A stretch of 63,690 nucleotides of DNA, counting the filler, from Intoshia linei (taxonomy: Eukaryota; Animalia; Orthonectida): the NCBI GenBank assembly GCA_001642005.1. It is 4 parts of 4 records of this genome, joined end to end, with 100 filler letters (N's around TTAATTAATTAA, not from the genome) between each part and the next. Parts side by side here need not be neighbours in the genome. Positions count along the whole stretch, not along the records: positions 21,459 to 53,302 come from LWCA01000336.1; 3 more parts are not named here. One strand, written 5' to 3'. A program made the position numbers and the translations under genes. Below the pieces are notes generated by a model, which was not told the DNA's origin, did no database searches, and worked only from the letters and a program-made list of their open reading frames with translations. Below, piece after piece: positions 40,501-53,302 of the stretch; the first letter of the stretch is position 1; the number at the start of each line of letters is the position of its first letter.

Positions 40501-43500
40501 CATATCTTCATATCTAAAATTCTAAGACTCTTAGTTATTGAAATAAACGATAACACAGAAACAGACAAACATGAGTTTATATAAGTAAAAGATAATATTT
40601 AAATTATTAATTATTCCAAAATGAAATGTTTATCGTCACTATCACTTTTGAGAATAGCTGAAAGATATAAAATTAAAATTCTAGTCTTATTATACGAACA
40701 TTACTTTAAAAATTTCAATCTTGCACAATGGATACAAAACCAAACAAAAGAATATTTGTCTTATAATTTCCAGGATAAAATTATCATAAAATAATAAAAA
40801 AGAATTAACCCGCCAATATGCTTACTGTACCGAGAAACCGATAAAAACTTCACCCATCTTGTGTATAACACAAGATAATTCCTCCAAAAGATTTTAAAAA
40901 CCAGGAAAACATTTAAAATATATTTTTTACATTTTTATATTGTATTCATATTTATTTTGTATATGAATTTATAAGAATACGATCAAAAATAATTCTATGA
41001 TTAATAACACGTTAAAAGTCTAGCATTGAAAACAATAGTTGTTTTGATCCTGTGAATCAATTATTAATAAAATAAAAGATTATTTAAATTAAAGTTCAGA
41101 CCGTTACTTATTTCAAATTTTTAGTTTTAATATAATAGTTTCGAAATAAAAAAAATTTATTTATTTTAGATTGTTGAAAAAGTGTTTCAAAACACACATA
41201 ATATTGATAGATTCGTTTTTGAAACGTGTTCTACGTTTTGTAATGAAATTAGAAAAAGTAGAGAAATTTCTTTCATTTTGTGTTGACGTAGGTGGAACGG
41301 TCATAAGAATTTCCTTTTATTTTAACAATTTAATTTTACTTATGATAGCGTTCCAGTTCGTAACAACTCATAATATTTTAAAAATAATATTGGAATAAGA
41401 GAATAATTCAATTAAGCTTTATTCTTTTTCTCTCTTTAATTCTTTTTTAGATTGCAATTTATTATAATGCTTATAAATATTTAAAAAAACAATCCCAGAA
41501 TTTGTTTTATAAAATTTTAGGACATGTTTAATTTTTAAAACAAAGGGTAATTTGTGGTTTTGACCATGAAAATTTTCGTTTCTGAGGCTGAGATTTACGA
41601 CAATGTTAATGATTTTAAAACGCGTCACAGAATATATATATTATTAAATTTTTGTGTTTATTTTTTTTTAAAAAAAAAACAAATTTGGATTTTATATAAT
41701 TAAAGGATAGAATTTATAACGTCCATTATTATCTGGTTTGATGTCAGTTCCTAATACACATTGATCTTGATTCACATAATAATGGTTTCCAAAGATGATA
41801 TTTGGAACATTTTTATGATGCGGCCCGCCACGTATTTGAGTTTAACATGGCTGGTATAAAGTAATATTGAGAAAAACATAATTGAATTGGTATGAACTGA
41901 TTAATTAGTTTCTCTATTATAAAATTAATTACAGATTTTAATATTGTGCCGACTGTTTTGAAACAAATAGCAATATCCAATAAGTGAACTGATAAGAAGA
42001 AGGAATTATATAAACCCATCAATGAGAATAAAAGGTATACAAAATTGTATAAAAATGGCTAAAAAATGTAATTATTCAGATAAAAACGTATAAAACTATA
42101 AATAAAATTTTTAATTGATTATATTACTATATATAATATATTAGGTGCTTCTCTATAACAGTGATCACCAAACGCTTTGACATTGGGGCCGGAATAACTA
42201 AAAAAAATCTGCGGGTCAGATGGAAAATATACGGTATTTTAACTACGATTTCAATTTTAAGCTAATGAATTTATAAGTTTCTCATGATCTAAAAATTACG
42301 AATCGACCCCTCGAGTTTGGTGGCCACTGTTCTATACTATTAAATAAAAACTATATTTGAGTATAAGCCACATTTCACACATAAATCAGTTGTAGTATAA
42401 TATTTTTTTAAGTGTTGAACTTATTCCCCCGCCCGACTTAAATGTATCTTAAATATTATTTTGATAATAAAATTTCATTTTTATTCAAAACTAGCTTGAC
42501 TGTTATGTATTTCGTATAAACAGCATCCTAGCTCTATGGAGGGCGGACATTTTTATTCTACCAGAAAAATAAATTCAATAATAAAATTTAACCTAAAAAT
42601 GCTACTATTCATATTAATTATTTAAAGGAGTGGTTCCAAACTTGTTACTTGAGTTTTAAAATAGGATTAGTGACTGCAATATGAATAATTTACAGATGTG
42701 CACAAAATTACGACATACAATATATGCATAGTACAGTAGTCTCCCTAAATTGAAAAGTATCTAAATACACTCAGCGATCACTGTACATGGTAAGAATATA
42801 CATTCCCGCTCTTGAACATGAACACAATTTATTGTGATTTTTGTCATAAATTTCACAATAAATATAGTATGAAATAATTAACTACAGTGTTCAATCTCTA
42901 AAACTTAAACACCATCCATTTTTTTGCAATTAGTGTTCAATTTAGAGAGCGATCACTGTATAAGTTAAATTTGGTCATAAATGAAGTAATAATTGAAGTA
43001 GGAATTTAAAAAAAATTCAAAAAAAAGAAAAATTACGAAAAAAGCTTGAGAACCACTGTTATATAGTATTGGAATACATATCACTACCAAACTACACTAG
43101 GTATATTATTGTTAACAAAGCTACAGTTATATGCACTTTTTTTAAATTGTAGGATAATTATTAATTTTTTTATTTTTAATTTTAATCCAATATTTGAAAA
43201 ATATTATATGATAATATTTAAAAGTTTATTTTTCACCGGGAATGGGTACATTTCTGGATTGAAATTTTGTATGTAAATAATGTGGAATAAGCTGTATCAG
43301 ATAAATCTTTATTTCATTGGAGGACGGTTAATTATTTCAAATTTTTTGTTTTAATAAAATAGTATCGATATAAAACTAAATAAATATTAAAGTGCTTTTT
43401 TGACCATGAAGGCGCCATTTTGTCAGATTGAAATTTTTTTATGTGTGAACTGGATATAGCTGTATCAACTATATTTTTTTTAAATTTTAGGACATGTTTA

Positions 43501-46500
43501 ATTTTTAAAATAAAGTCATATTTAAGGTTTTGAAAATGAAGGTCTGCGTTTCTGAGGCTGAGATTTACGACAATTTTAATGATTTTAAAACGCGTCAAAC
43601 AATTTATGTTATATTATTTCAATTTAGGGCTCATTTTATTTTTAAACATTAGGAAAAATTGGGTTTTTGGACTCAAATTCGGAAAATGAAAAATAGGTAT
43701 CAACATCATCTGTATTAGGAATTGGGTTTATTTAAATTCTACTATTGTCATTTTGTTAAATATAAGGTAACACCAAAACGTATACATTCAATTTTATATA
43801 AGTAAAGGATTATATTACTATATCTGTAATGACAATTCCAATTTTCCATACATTATAATTCCAATCAAATCTGTTTGTATGTCTAAATAATATATTTAAT
43901 TATCCAAAAAAATAGTTATATTTTTAATTCATATTTCTGAATCATGTTAGAATTAAAATTAATTTTGCTCATTATATTTTAACCACATCGGGAAAGTTTG
44001 GAAGGAATCTGTTCGTTATTTTTGATGTACTTCATAATTACTTGATGATCTGGTTAATCATTAATGACATTTAAGAACGAAGAGGCTACACTTAGATTTA
44101 TTTATAATATCGTGTGTTCTTAATTTTTATAAGGTGTAACTCTCTGTCATGAATATTTACATTTTCAGTTTTATATATTAATTTTAATTTTCTACTTCAT
44201 TTTCTAAACAAGGGTCATCTCGGTTTTAATCTGTAAAGGTTGCCATATATGATAATGTTAAGATTTTAGGTAATTTGGGGTTTTGAATATGAATATACGA
44301 AAAAGTGTACGGTTCTGAGACTAAAATATATGATAAGATTAATGATTGTAAATCGCGTCCCATAGTTTATGTTTTATTACATTTTATTTTTAAAAAAAAA
44401 AAATAATTGGGTTTGTGATCTTGAAGAACTCAAATTCAAAAAATTAAACATGGATATAGATATCACCCGCACAAAAAAGTATTAGAAATTGTATTTTTTT
44501 AAATTTGAAGACATATAAATTTGAATATCGGTGTGTTACCGTATATTCAAAAAAATTACAAAGTTAAGGATGTCATAACTATTTTGTGTGTTTACAAGAG
44601 TCTTATAGAGGTGACTAGGGATAATGACACTATGTATCGTTTCTAAAATGTTTTTTTGTAGTCATATCTTTAATTTTTGGGTGGTCCAAAGCTGGGTAGG
44701 TTGGAATCTGGTCGTAGGTCTGATTCACATTAAAAATTAATTCAAATTTTAAATCTTAGTAACTAAATTGTACATTAAAATAATTCGTCCAATTATTCAA
44801 TTGGTTGCACTCGTTACTAGTGATTCTAATTTAGTTACTATGACTCTGATATATAAATATATTACATATTACTATGTAGTTATATTGAGGATACTGATTT
44901 CATTACTAGTTATGATATCAATTAGTTACAACTAGAATTAAATAGATATAATAGTTATGAATCATAACTATTATAACTATTTATATATTATTTATATTAT
45001 ATTATATATTATAACTATTTATATACGAGTTAAAAGTTAATTTACGTTATTTTGGTAACAAATACTTTATTTTAGTAGCTCATACTTTATTTTAGTAATA
45101 CGTACTTTATTATAAAAGTGAAAAATAAAATGATGTCAATTTAATTGTCAATCACTTTAATGTCAATTAGTTTTTCAGTATACTCAAGATTGTTGTATTC
45201 GATATCTGTAAAATTTTTTTTCCTGAAAATACCTAAAAATATCCAGATATTATTAATGAACTACTTAATATCACAACACTCACCCTTAAAAAACTTTGTT
45301 TTTATTGTTTTATTGGTACTTTCTAATGCATTGTTAGTTGAAAGATTATGAGGCGATACCCCTTCATACCAATTTGAGAAAATTTTGATATGTTCATTGA
45401 TGAATTTATTCAAAAAAATTAAATATTTATCAAATAACTGATATTTTTTAATAAACAAATTCTTTCTAATAATAATATTCTCCTCATCAAATGCAAGTTG
45501 CAAAAACAATATATCATCTATTAATTCAGATTTATCATCCTTGAGATATTTTGCCTTTAAATCCAAAATATTAAATTTCATTCAACAAAATTAATTTTAA
45601 TTAACAAATATTACTACAAATATAACAATTAATTAAAAATTAATATACAGTAATGAATTGAACAATATCAAAGGAAAATTTTCCGCTTCACTGAACATAA
45701 AATTGAATTCATCAACAATAAGCAATTCAAGTAATAAAGTATGAGCTACTAAAATAAAGTATTTGCTATTAAAATAACGTATATTTACCAGGTAGCCATT
45801 TATATACTATACATATATATTTATATCCTAATTTATATAAAAGGCTACGCAATTTTTGTTTGTCTGTGTGTCTGTTCAGCTTTATTTAAATAACTACCCG
45901 TCTTACAATTTTTTAAATACCAAATTTCAATTACAGTTTTTTTCGGGACGTATATTAAGATATATTTCAACATCACAAACTCACATCTTATGTCAAAACC
46001 CCAATTATCCTTTTTTTAAAAAATCAAACGAGTTCGAGAGTTTAAAAAAATAAATACTCTGATACAGATTTTAAAATCATAAATATTATCATTAATTTAA
46101 ATTTAAAAAAAATAAATCTTCAGGGCCAAAACCACAAATTACTCTTTCTTTTGAAATAAAAATAGCCTTAGAATTTAAAAAAATTTATAAATGGTAGAGT
46201 TGTATCCTGTTAACACACATAAAAAATTTCAATGCGAATAAGTGACGACTTCACGGTCAAAAAAGCATTTTAGTATTGATATAATTTTTTTCCAAAACAT
46301 TTTATTAAAACAAAAAATGTGAAATAATTAACAGTCCGAAAATTTAAAAAAAAAATTATTCTGATAGAGCTTATTCCAGTTAATATAAATACAAAATTTT
46401 CACCCCAGAAATCTGCGCATTCCCGGTGAAAAATAATTTTTAATATATTATCAACCAATATTTTTTAAATATTTTGATTAAAATTAAAAATTGAAAATGT

Positions 46501-49500
46501 AAATATTGATCCTAGAATTTCAAAAAAAAATGTAAATTGTACGTCTACACATTTCCAATAAATACATATGGGTGAAAATATATATAATTCATTGCTTCCA
46601 AATTTTTTTCATTGCTACGCAATTTTTAAATCTCAAATTTTAATTTTTAAAACATTTTAGATCAAAACATCAAAACAATTAAAATTTGGTTTAAGTTAAT
46701 AACGTTACACTTTTTTTAAAATTTAATGCAATTTAATTGTTTATGTATAACCTTAACATGTTACATTTTATTAGACAATAATATATTTTAGTGTCATTTT
46801 CTATTTAAATTATACAAATATGTTTCAACAAATTCAAGATTCTATGTAAGTCTTAAAAATCGTTAATTATTAATTAATTTTTTAAAAATAATAATTTTAT
46901 ATTATTTAGTCAAAAAAAAGGACCATAAAGAGAATAAAGAGTAAGTTTTATTAATTCATTAATTGTTATCTATTTAAATTAATTACATCATGTAAGTAAA
47001 TAAAAATTTCAACGTAAATTTTATATTTTTTTCTTTTTATCAAGTATATTTATAATTAATTTTTGATTAACTGTTTTAAAATTTAAATTTCTTTTTATTT
47101 AGAGTTCGATATCTATCATCATAGTAAGTTTTATATAATCATCATTTATTAATTAATTATTTATTTCAAAATAATAATTTTATATTATTTAGTCAGAATA
47201 AAAATTATCAAAAAAAATATCAAAATAAAGCCCCTACTAGGAGCCCCCACTGGAAACAGTAAATTTTATAAAATCTTTATTTATTAACTATTTCATTAAT
47301 TTAAAATTGAAATTAAAAGTATTTTTAATATTTTTTAACTATTTAATTTTAACATGTCATGAAAAATTTCAACGTAAAGTTTATTACTTTCTCTTTTTAA
47401 CAAATTTATTAATCACTAATTTTTGATTAACTGTTTTAAAATATTAATTTCTTTTTATTTAGACATTTTAAAAGGCCATATTTGTAATTTTTATAATATT
47501 AATTTATAACTATTTTTTTTTAAAATAATATCATAAATTAATTAAACATTTCAATGTAAATTGTATTACTTTTTCTTTTTAACTAATATATTCATCATTA
47601 ATTTTTGATTAACTGTTTTAAAATATTAATTACTTTTTATTTAGATTCAACAAATTTTGAATTCTGTAATTTTTATAAAATCATTATTTATTAACTATTT
47701 AATTTTATAATAATATCATTAAGTAATTAAAAATTTTAACGTAAATTTTACTACTTTTTCTTTTTAACAAATATATTTATCATTAATTTTTGGTTAACTG
47801 TTTTAAAATATTTATTTCTTTTTATTTAGAGATAGAAATCGTCGTTCATATAAAAGTAAGTTTTAATTTACATTTAAAATTTAAAACACTCAACTCCTAT
47901 AATACATTAATTTAGGTTAAAAAAATTTTTATTTTATTTTTATTTTTAAAAATAAATGTTGTTTTTTTTCATATTTTTGTTTTATGTTTTGTTCAAATTT
48001 GACATGCTTTAAATAGTTAATTAAATTAATATCTACATACAAAATATGTATTAATATAAATTGTGTCATATCATCTGGAAAAATATAAATAACAATTATA
48101 TGAAGTTATGATTTACGGTAATACATTTTTGGTAGCCTTACTTTAATGGGTTTGTACAAGTGATTTGAACCATAATAGATTTAATTTTTAATGCTAAAAT
48201 TAGATATTTCCGCCCTCGGCAGAGCTAGATGCTGTATGTACAAAATAAAAACCAGCCAAGCTAGTATTATATATTTATGTACTCATAAGTTATGAGTACA
48301 TTAAACAAAAAAGAGGAAAAATTGATATAGTTTATGTAACTAGAAATATATAAATATGTATACTATAATACACTAATACAAATATACTAATACATTCAGA
48401 AATATGATAATTAAATAATATGTGTTTTATCCACTTTGTTTAATTGTATAATATCAATTATCTCTTTTTGTTATTTCTATAAACGCTACTTTATCCCCAT
48501 ACTCTATGTCTTATTTTAGAAATTAGTTACATAACTTTGATTTAGTAAATATAGCTCATAACTTTAATTACCATTAATTCTAAATATATCCACACAATGT
48601 ATAACATACATTGGAAACACTACTTGTTATCCAATCTTAAATAAATTTACATTTTTTCTGATTCATAATCACTGGTAATTCCTAAAATCTTTTTTAACTT
48701 CGATATGTCCATAGTATGTAAATATTGTTCATAAATCTATAATTATAGCTATAATATAATTATATATATATTATTTATATATATTATATACAATAATGTA
48801 TACTAGGGGTGTTAATTTTAGTACTTTTTTTGGAAATTTTATAGTCCAAAAGCGGATAAACTCGCGTATGACAATTTGTACGGCTACTCTGAAAAAAAAT
48901 GATTTTAGAGAATTTTTAGCAGAGACGCTTGCCATTTCAAAAAGACATACAAAAATGTTATAAAAAGTTAAATATATAACTTTATTTACTAGAATGCTAT
49001 GATAATATATTGTAGTTGTGGTTTGAGTGGTCTTGTGTTAAATTCAACTCTCCGTTATTTATGTTTTTAGTGAAAATTTTTATCCATAAAAAATAACAAT
49101 TTTTATAAAATTAATAGGTTGACTGTTATGTACTACGTATAAACAGCACCTAGCTCTGCCGAGGGCACATTTATATTCCATCAAAAAAATAAATTCAGGT
49201 GAAAATCTAACTTAAAAATCCTATTATTCACTATTATCAATCCTCTAAAGAAGTGGTTCCTAAACTTGTTTCAGGTGCAACCGTTATATCACATTACTTT
49301 TTCCATTAAAGTGAATTATTCCATCTTAATTTTGTATTTATATCAACTGGAATAAGCTGTATCAGAATAATTTTTTAATTAATAAATGAATTAATAATTT
49401 TTTTTAATTTAAATTTATGATAATATTTATGATTTTAAAATTTGTATCAGAGTGTATATTTTTTTAGATTCTAGAATTCGTTTGATTTTCAAAAAAAAAG

Positions 49501-51375
49501 ATAATTGGGTTTTTTGACCTGTAAGATTTGAGTTTGGGAGGTTGAAATTTATCTTATTTTCACTCCGGAAAAAAACTGTAATAGAAATGTAAACTTTATA
49601 AAATTTTGAGATTGGTAGTTATTGAAATAAACGATAACACACACAGACCAACAAAGCATATTATATAAATAAGGATAAGAACATTAAACATCGATAAAAT
49701 AAAAAGTAATGGAGATTGATTTGAATTCAAAGATACAAAGTTATTAGCCAAACATGGTGATCAACTCAAGACCACTCAAATCCTATATAAAAACCCGTGG
49801 TAACATTCCATCAAATAAAGTCATATTTTAATTTTTGTATAACATTTTTGTAGGGATTTTTTATAATGGTAAGCGTCTCGCAAATTTTTATCTAATTTAA
49901 TTATTTTTTTTATTGCTATTTTTGATTAATTACTCAATTTTTAAAATACTGATTGTATTACATCAACGATCAATTATAATCATTGATTTATAATATAGAA
50001 TCTATATCGTGAAAACTTTTCAGTGTCAACTTACCAACTCATAATTCTAAACACTATTCATCAAGTGAAATTGAAAGAAAAATAGTTAGGGACTACAATA
50101 CCTTATACTTTTTGGTGTTAATAATTAAAAATTCGTTGATAAATTATATTTGAAAATATTAAGTGTACCCATGTTATAGGGTTAAATATTATCACAATAG
50201 TAAATGAAATTAGTGCGATCACGAAATTCGGATCGCGTTTCAGATATTTTATAGAATCTAATTAAATATATATCAAAGCCGTTACCGTTCTTTTGAAGAA
50301 AACATCCCAATAATTTGATGGAAATGACTTTGATCGAATTGCTAGTTTACTAAAATTGTAATAAATTTTAGCAATAAATCCTTTAATTGAGAAGTCATCC
50401 TTTAAATTCTTAATAATCCAATTTCCTTCAAATTTCATTTGATGACAAATATCCTTTTCTTTTACAAATATTATTAAAGGAATCTAAATCAAATATACAT
50501 GTATGTATGAAACATTTTATTACAATGTATTAGTAATTTTAATAAATTAAATTAATTATGTAATAAAATAACAGTACCAATTAACAATCTTATATATTTT
50601 ACAGGAAATCTCCGTTTAGTACGATCAATAATGTTTACATGTTATAATTAAAAATAGAAAACATGATCATATATTTAATTTATATGTATAATTATAATTC
50701 ATTAATAACTAAATGGTCTTTAAATAACACTAAAATAGGTTTTAATTTTAATAAAATTAGTTCAGAAATTTAAACTTGGATTTTAAAATTTGATAATTTG
50801 AAAGTTGATGAATTTTGTGGTCATAAGGGGATATTTTTATAGCAAATTTGCGATACACTGATATAAAAAGTGACAGTAATAAATATATTATTTTTTAATT
50901 AACTTATAATACAATTTTAAATACAACATAATAATAAAACATAAATACATAGTATAATTTTCAATTTTTTAACTTAATAATTTTAATTATTAAATATCGA
51001 CTTCGGACATAAGTTGAATTAAAAAAAATTTGGTTATTAATTGATTAAATTTTTAAATATATATACGATGTAGTCGAAAAAATTTTTAAGGGGCCTTGAT
51101 AAAATATATTACTAAAAAGGGGGCTGTAGACAAAGTAACTTTTGGAACCCCTGGTATAAACTGCTTTGTATATTACGGTATGTAATTTATGATGCTACAA
51201 AATATCTTCTATCAGTACTAAACGTGATTCTCCTGTATCATGGTACCTTTAAATTATAATATGCGAAAATTATTCCTATTGACACAAATATATGTGTGAT
51301 TTTAAGAGAATATATGACACCATTCAAATATTCATAATTTTTTTCAAAACGGAATTGAGTATCATTGGTGTCCAC
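34528..51375 (-). CDS. RYR: Ryanodine receptor, C-terminal channel domain (S2 to C-terminus). Exons about 51247-51375, 50286-50483, 48651-48736, 43819-43870, 41933-42058, 40075-40095, 36482-36613, 35220-35379, 35109-35173, 34762-34862, 34666-34717, 34528-34626; upstream exons not located
   Basis: In-frame splice chain gives AYYNLK|[35 protein letters not shown]|VTHNIKQ|, [11 protein letters not shown], pore [12 protein letters not shown]6 [68 protein letters not shown]. These are RyR-type rather than IP3R-type motifs. Confidence 0.95.
36798..37322. mobile_element. piggyBac-like MITE, copy 2 (525 bp)
   Basis: TTAA|CCCGAATACTCCCAG ... CTGGGAGTATTCGGG|TTAA: perfect 15-bp TIR with CCC/GGG ends and TTAA target duplication. 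Confidence 0.88.
37370..37886. mobile_element. hAT-like MITE with long (about 100 bp) imperfect TIRs
   Basis: AGGGGTGTCAGACTCAATTTGCTTGGC...GCCAAGCAAATTGAGTCTGGCACCCCTG; no clear TSD. Confidence 0.75.
38064..38766 (+). mobile_element. Helitron-like 5' portion joined to an inverted second 5' end
   Basis: A|TCCTTACTTATATATTATGCTACGC start; 38660-38766 is the reverse complement of a family 5' end (..CATATAAGTAAGGA|T). Confidence 0.7.
38816..39504. mobile_element. hAT-type non-autonomous element (689 bp)
   Basis: CAGGG...CCCTG termini, perfect 8-bp TSD ATCATTAT (38808-38815, 39505-39512), subterminal TACAGCA repeats. Confidence 0.85.
42734..42958. mobile_element. Tc1/mariner-pogo-like MITE
   Basis: TA|CAGTAGTCTCCCTAAATTGAA ... 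TTCAATTTAGAGAGCGATCACTG|TA: imperfect TIRs and TA flanks. Confidence 0.6.
45040..45790 (-). mobile_element. Mutator-like (MULE) deletion derivative with a transposase fragment
   Basis: ORF 45261-45581 contains NWYEG...[14 protein letters not shown] (MULE TNN..E motif); inverted repeats at about 45040-45110 and 45730-45785 (TACTTTATTTTAGTAGCTCATACTTTAT). Confidence 0.75.
45826..48264 (+). mobile_element. Helitron-like element: 5' part 45826 to about 46660 and 3' end about 48190-48264, enclosing the micro-exon-like array
   Basis: A|TCCTAATTTATATAAAAGGCTACGC 5' end; GCCCTCGGCAGAGCTAGATGCTGTATGTAC...AAGCTAG|T 3' end in the same orientation. Whether both ends belong to one insertion is not proven. 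Confidence 0.6.
46792..47855 (+). other. Tandem intron-like repeats framing variable micro-exon-like segments (putative micro-exon gene or fragment)
   Basis: AG/GT-bounded segments at 46792-46845, 46910-46940, 47103-47123, 47193-47258, 47463-47483, 47645-47665, 47830-47855, separated by two classes of repeated GT..AG units (64-69 nt and 161-204 nt). Confidence 0.6.
49114..49675 (-). mobile_element. Internally deleted Helitron-like copy with both ends, inserted in a long-inverted-repeat element (about 48825-49880)
   Basis: Minus-strand 5' end A|TCCTTATTTATATAATATGC and 3' end ..GTACATAACAGTCAACCTAT; the flanks (48920-49040 and 49765-49880) are inverted repeats of each other. Confidence 0.75.
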
Positions 51376-52211
51376 CTAATTTAAAAAAAATATATATAAT
51401 ATAGGTAAACTAATATAATTATGAACTTATGGATAATCCGCCCACTATGATTTAAATGAAAATGAACATTCACATTTCAATTATGTTGTTCATTTTAAAA
51501 AATAGTTATATCGTATTATTATTATCGTATTTATCGCTTTAAATTTTATGTTTATGTTAATAAATTGAATTAATTATTTTTAAAAAAATTTCATATAACT
51601 TTTAATTCATATTATAATTATTTTTAATCTTAATAATATATCCTGTTTTGTTACGTTAATTAAATAAGTAATCCAATTAAAATAACCAACTTTGATTAAA
51701 TCATAATTATACTTGGCAACATCAATTAAATAATAATGTATTTAATTAGATGGTTTATGTGTTGAAATAAAATTTAAGTCTAAAAGAAAATATTTCAGAA
51801 AATTCATTGATAGTAAACAAGAAATGCAAGCTGATAATGCTAAAAAACTGTAAAAATGTTTTTGAATTATTTCATAATCTTTTACGTATATAAAAATAAA
51901 TGTCTGTGTATGTTGGTATATGTTTGTGTTACCGTTTATTTAAAAAATTAACAGTTTTGAATTAAAAAACCCCAATTTCTAATGCTGCTTTTCCCCAAGA
52001 CATATTTTTCGGTTTCACAATTTGAGTCCTTTCGGGTAAAAACCACAATTTTCTCTTTTTTTATTAATCCAAAAACAAAAAATCAGCCCTAATCAAGTTG
52101 ATGTAGTTTTAATTAAATTTTAAATAAATTTTTTTAAAAATAAGAATTTGAAAATCAAAAATAGCGTAGCAATAAAAAAAATCCCGAAAGAATCAATTAT
52201 ATAGATTTCCA

Positions 52212-52700
52212 CTAGTGTTGGCAATTTATCGAAATATTTTTATTGATAATTTATCGATAAAAAATAATAAACTAATTTAATTGAAAAATTAATTACAATT
52301 GTTATATTCTTTATTTTTGTTTATAAACTAAAATTTCAAAAATATCAAAACATTAACAACATCGGGTGATATTCTGGATCTTTTCTTAGTTATATAATGA
52401 CCAGTTATTTAGAACGCCCTTTCAGCTTCACAACTGGTAGGTTTAATAGACATAATTGAATAGTAAAATTTATCTAAGTTGCTTGTTTTCCTTCCTTGAT
52501 TTTTTTGATTCTTCCACCCTTGATTTGATTTCCTTGATCACACGATAGAATCATTCTTTTTACAGAGTTATACCAAGTAGGAGGAGTATTGTCATATTCA
52601 CTGTTCCGTTTTTTAAAACTCATTTGAATAAAAACATTTTGCTATTCTATTAAATGAGAAATTATCCATGGTTGCCATTTTGGATACCTCTTCTTCCATC
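52212..52700 (-). pseudogene. Degenerate hAT transposase remnant (dimerisation domain) with TIR-like end
   Basis: Minus strand MSIKPTSCEAERAF*ITGHYITKKRSRISPDVVNVLIFLK (hAT S...ER.FS...T..R.R motif) with an internal stop; TAGTGTTGGCAATTTATCG end. Confidence 0.75.
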
Positions 52701-52949
52701 GATTTTTTAATAACAAAAAAATTTATCCTTCGAATTTTTTTTGGTTAATAATAAATTAATAGAAGTTAATAGCGTTAATAAAGTTAAATTTTATTTTTAA
52801 AAGTTAAATTATATTTTCAAACATTAATTTTGTTTTATATACTTTCGTTTTGTTTTGTTACTTTTACAAAATTAAATTTTGTTTAATTGCAACGCAAATT
52901 ATAAAAACATAAGAGTTGTATGCATATTGTTAGTATTAGAAGTTCAATT

Positions 52950-53302
52950 AAAACATCGAATGACTTTGCAACAGAAATGGCGGAAGCATTTCTATCTGCG
53001 GACATACCTCTAAAAAGTTAACGTTAAGTTAAGAACAATATTTAAAAAAAGGGAATATTCTTGCCATCTGAAAGCAATTGCAAAAATAAAATTGATGATT
53101 TGTATTTAAAAGAAATGGAGAGAATAAAACATTATTGTATTAATAAATTAATCTTTATAATTGAATAAATTAAATAAACGAAATTGATTTAAATGGAAAT
53201 AAGTACATTAATACTATGATCGGAACATTAAAAACACCTTAGAATGTAATAGTATATGATTGTAAAAATATTACAAGTAATATGAACGGACAAATGGTCA
53301 TT
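52950..53302 (+). pseudogene. Degenerate hAT-related (CGGBP-like) transposase fragment
   Basis: DFATEMAEAFLSADIPL.K..LPSES pattern broken by frameshifts and stops; ends at the assembly gap. Confidence 0.5.

Noticed and set aside
46846-47860. CRISPR-like repeat-spacer reading of the array
   Set aside because: Eukaryotic intronic context, repeats of 64-204 nt bounded by splice consensus, and no cas genes. The intron/micro-exon reading fits better.
12678-51375. Apparent calcium/signalling gene cluster (14-3-3, EFHD, presenilin, MO25, RyR)
   Set aside because: Interspersed with unrelated housekeeping genes in mixed orientations; no evidence of co-regulation without synteny data.
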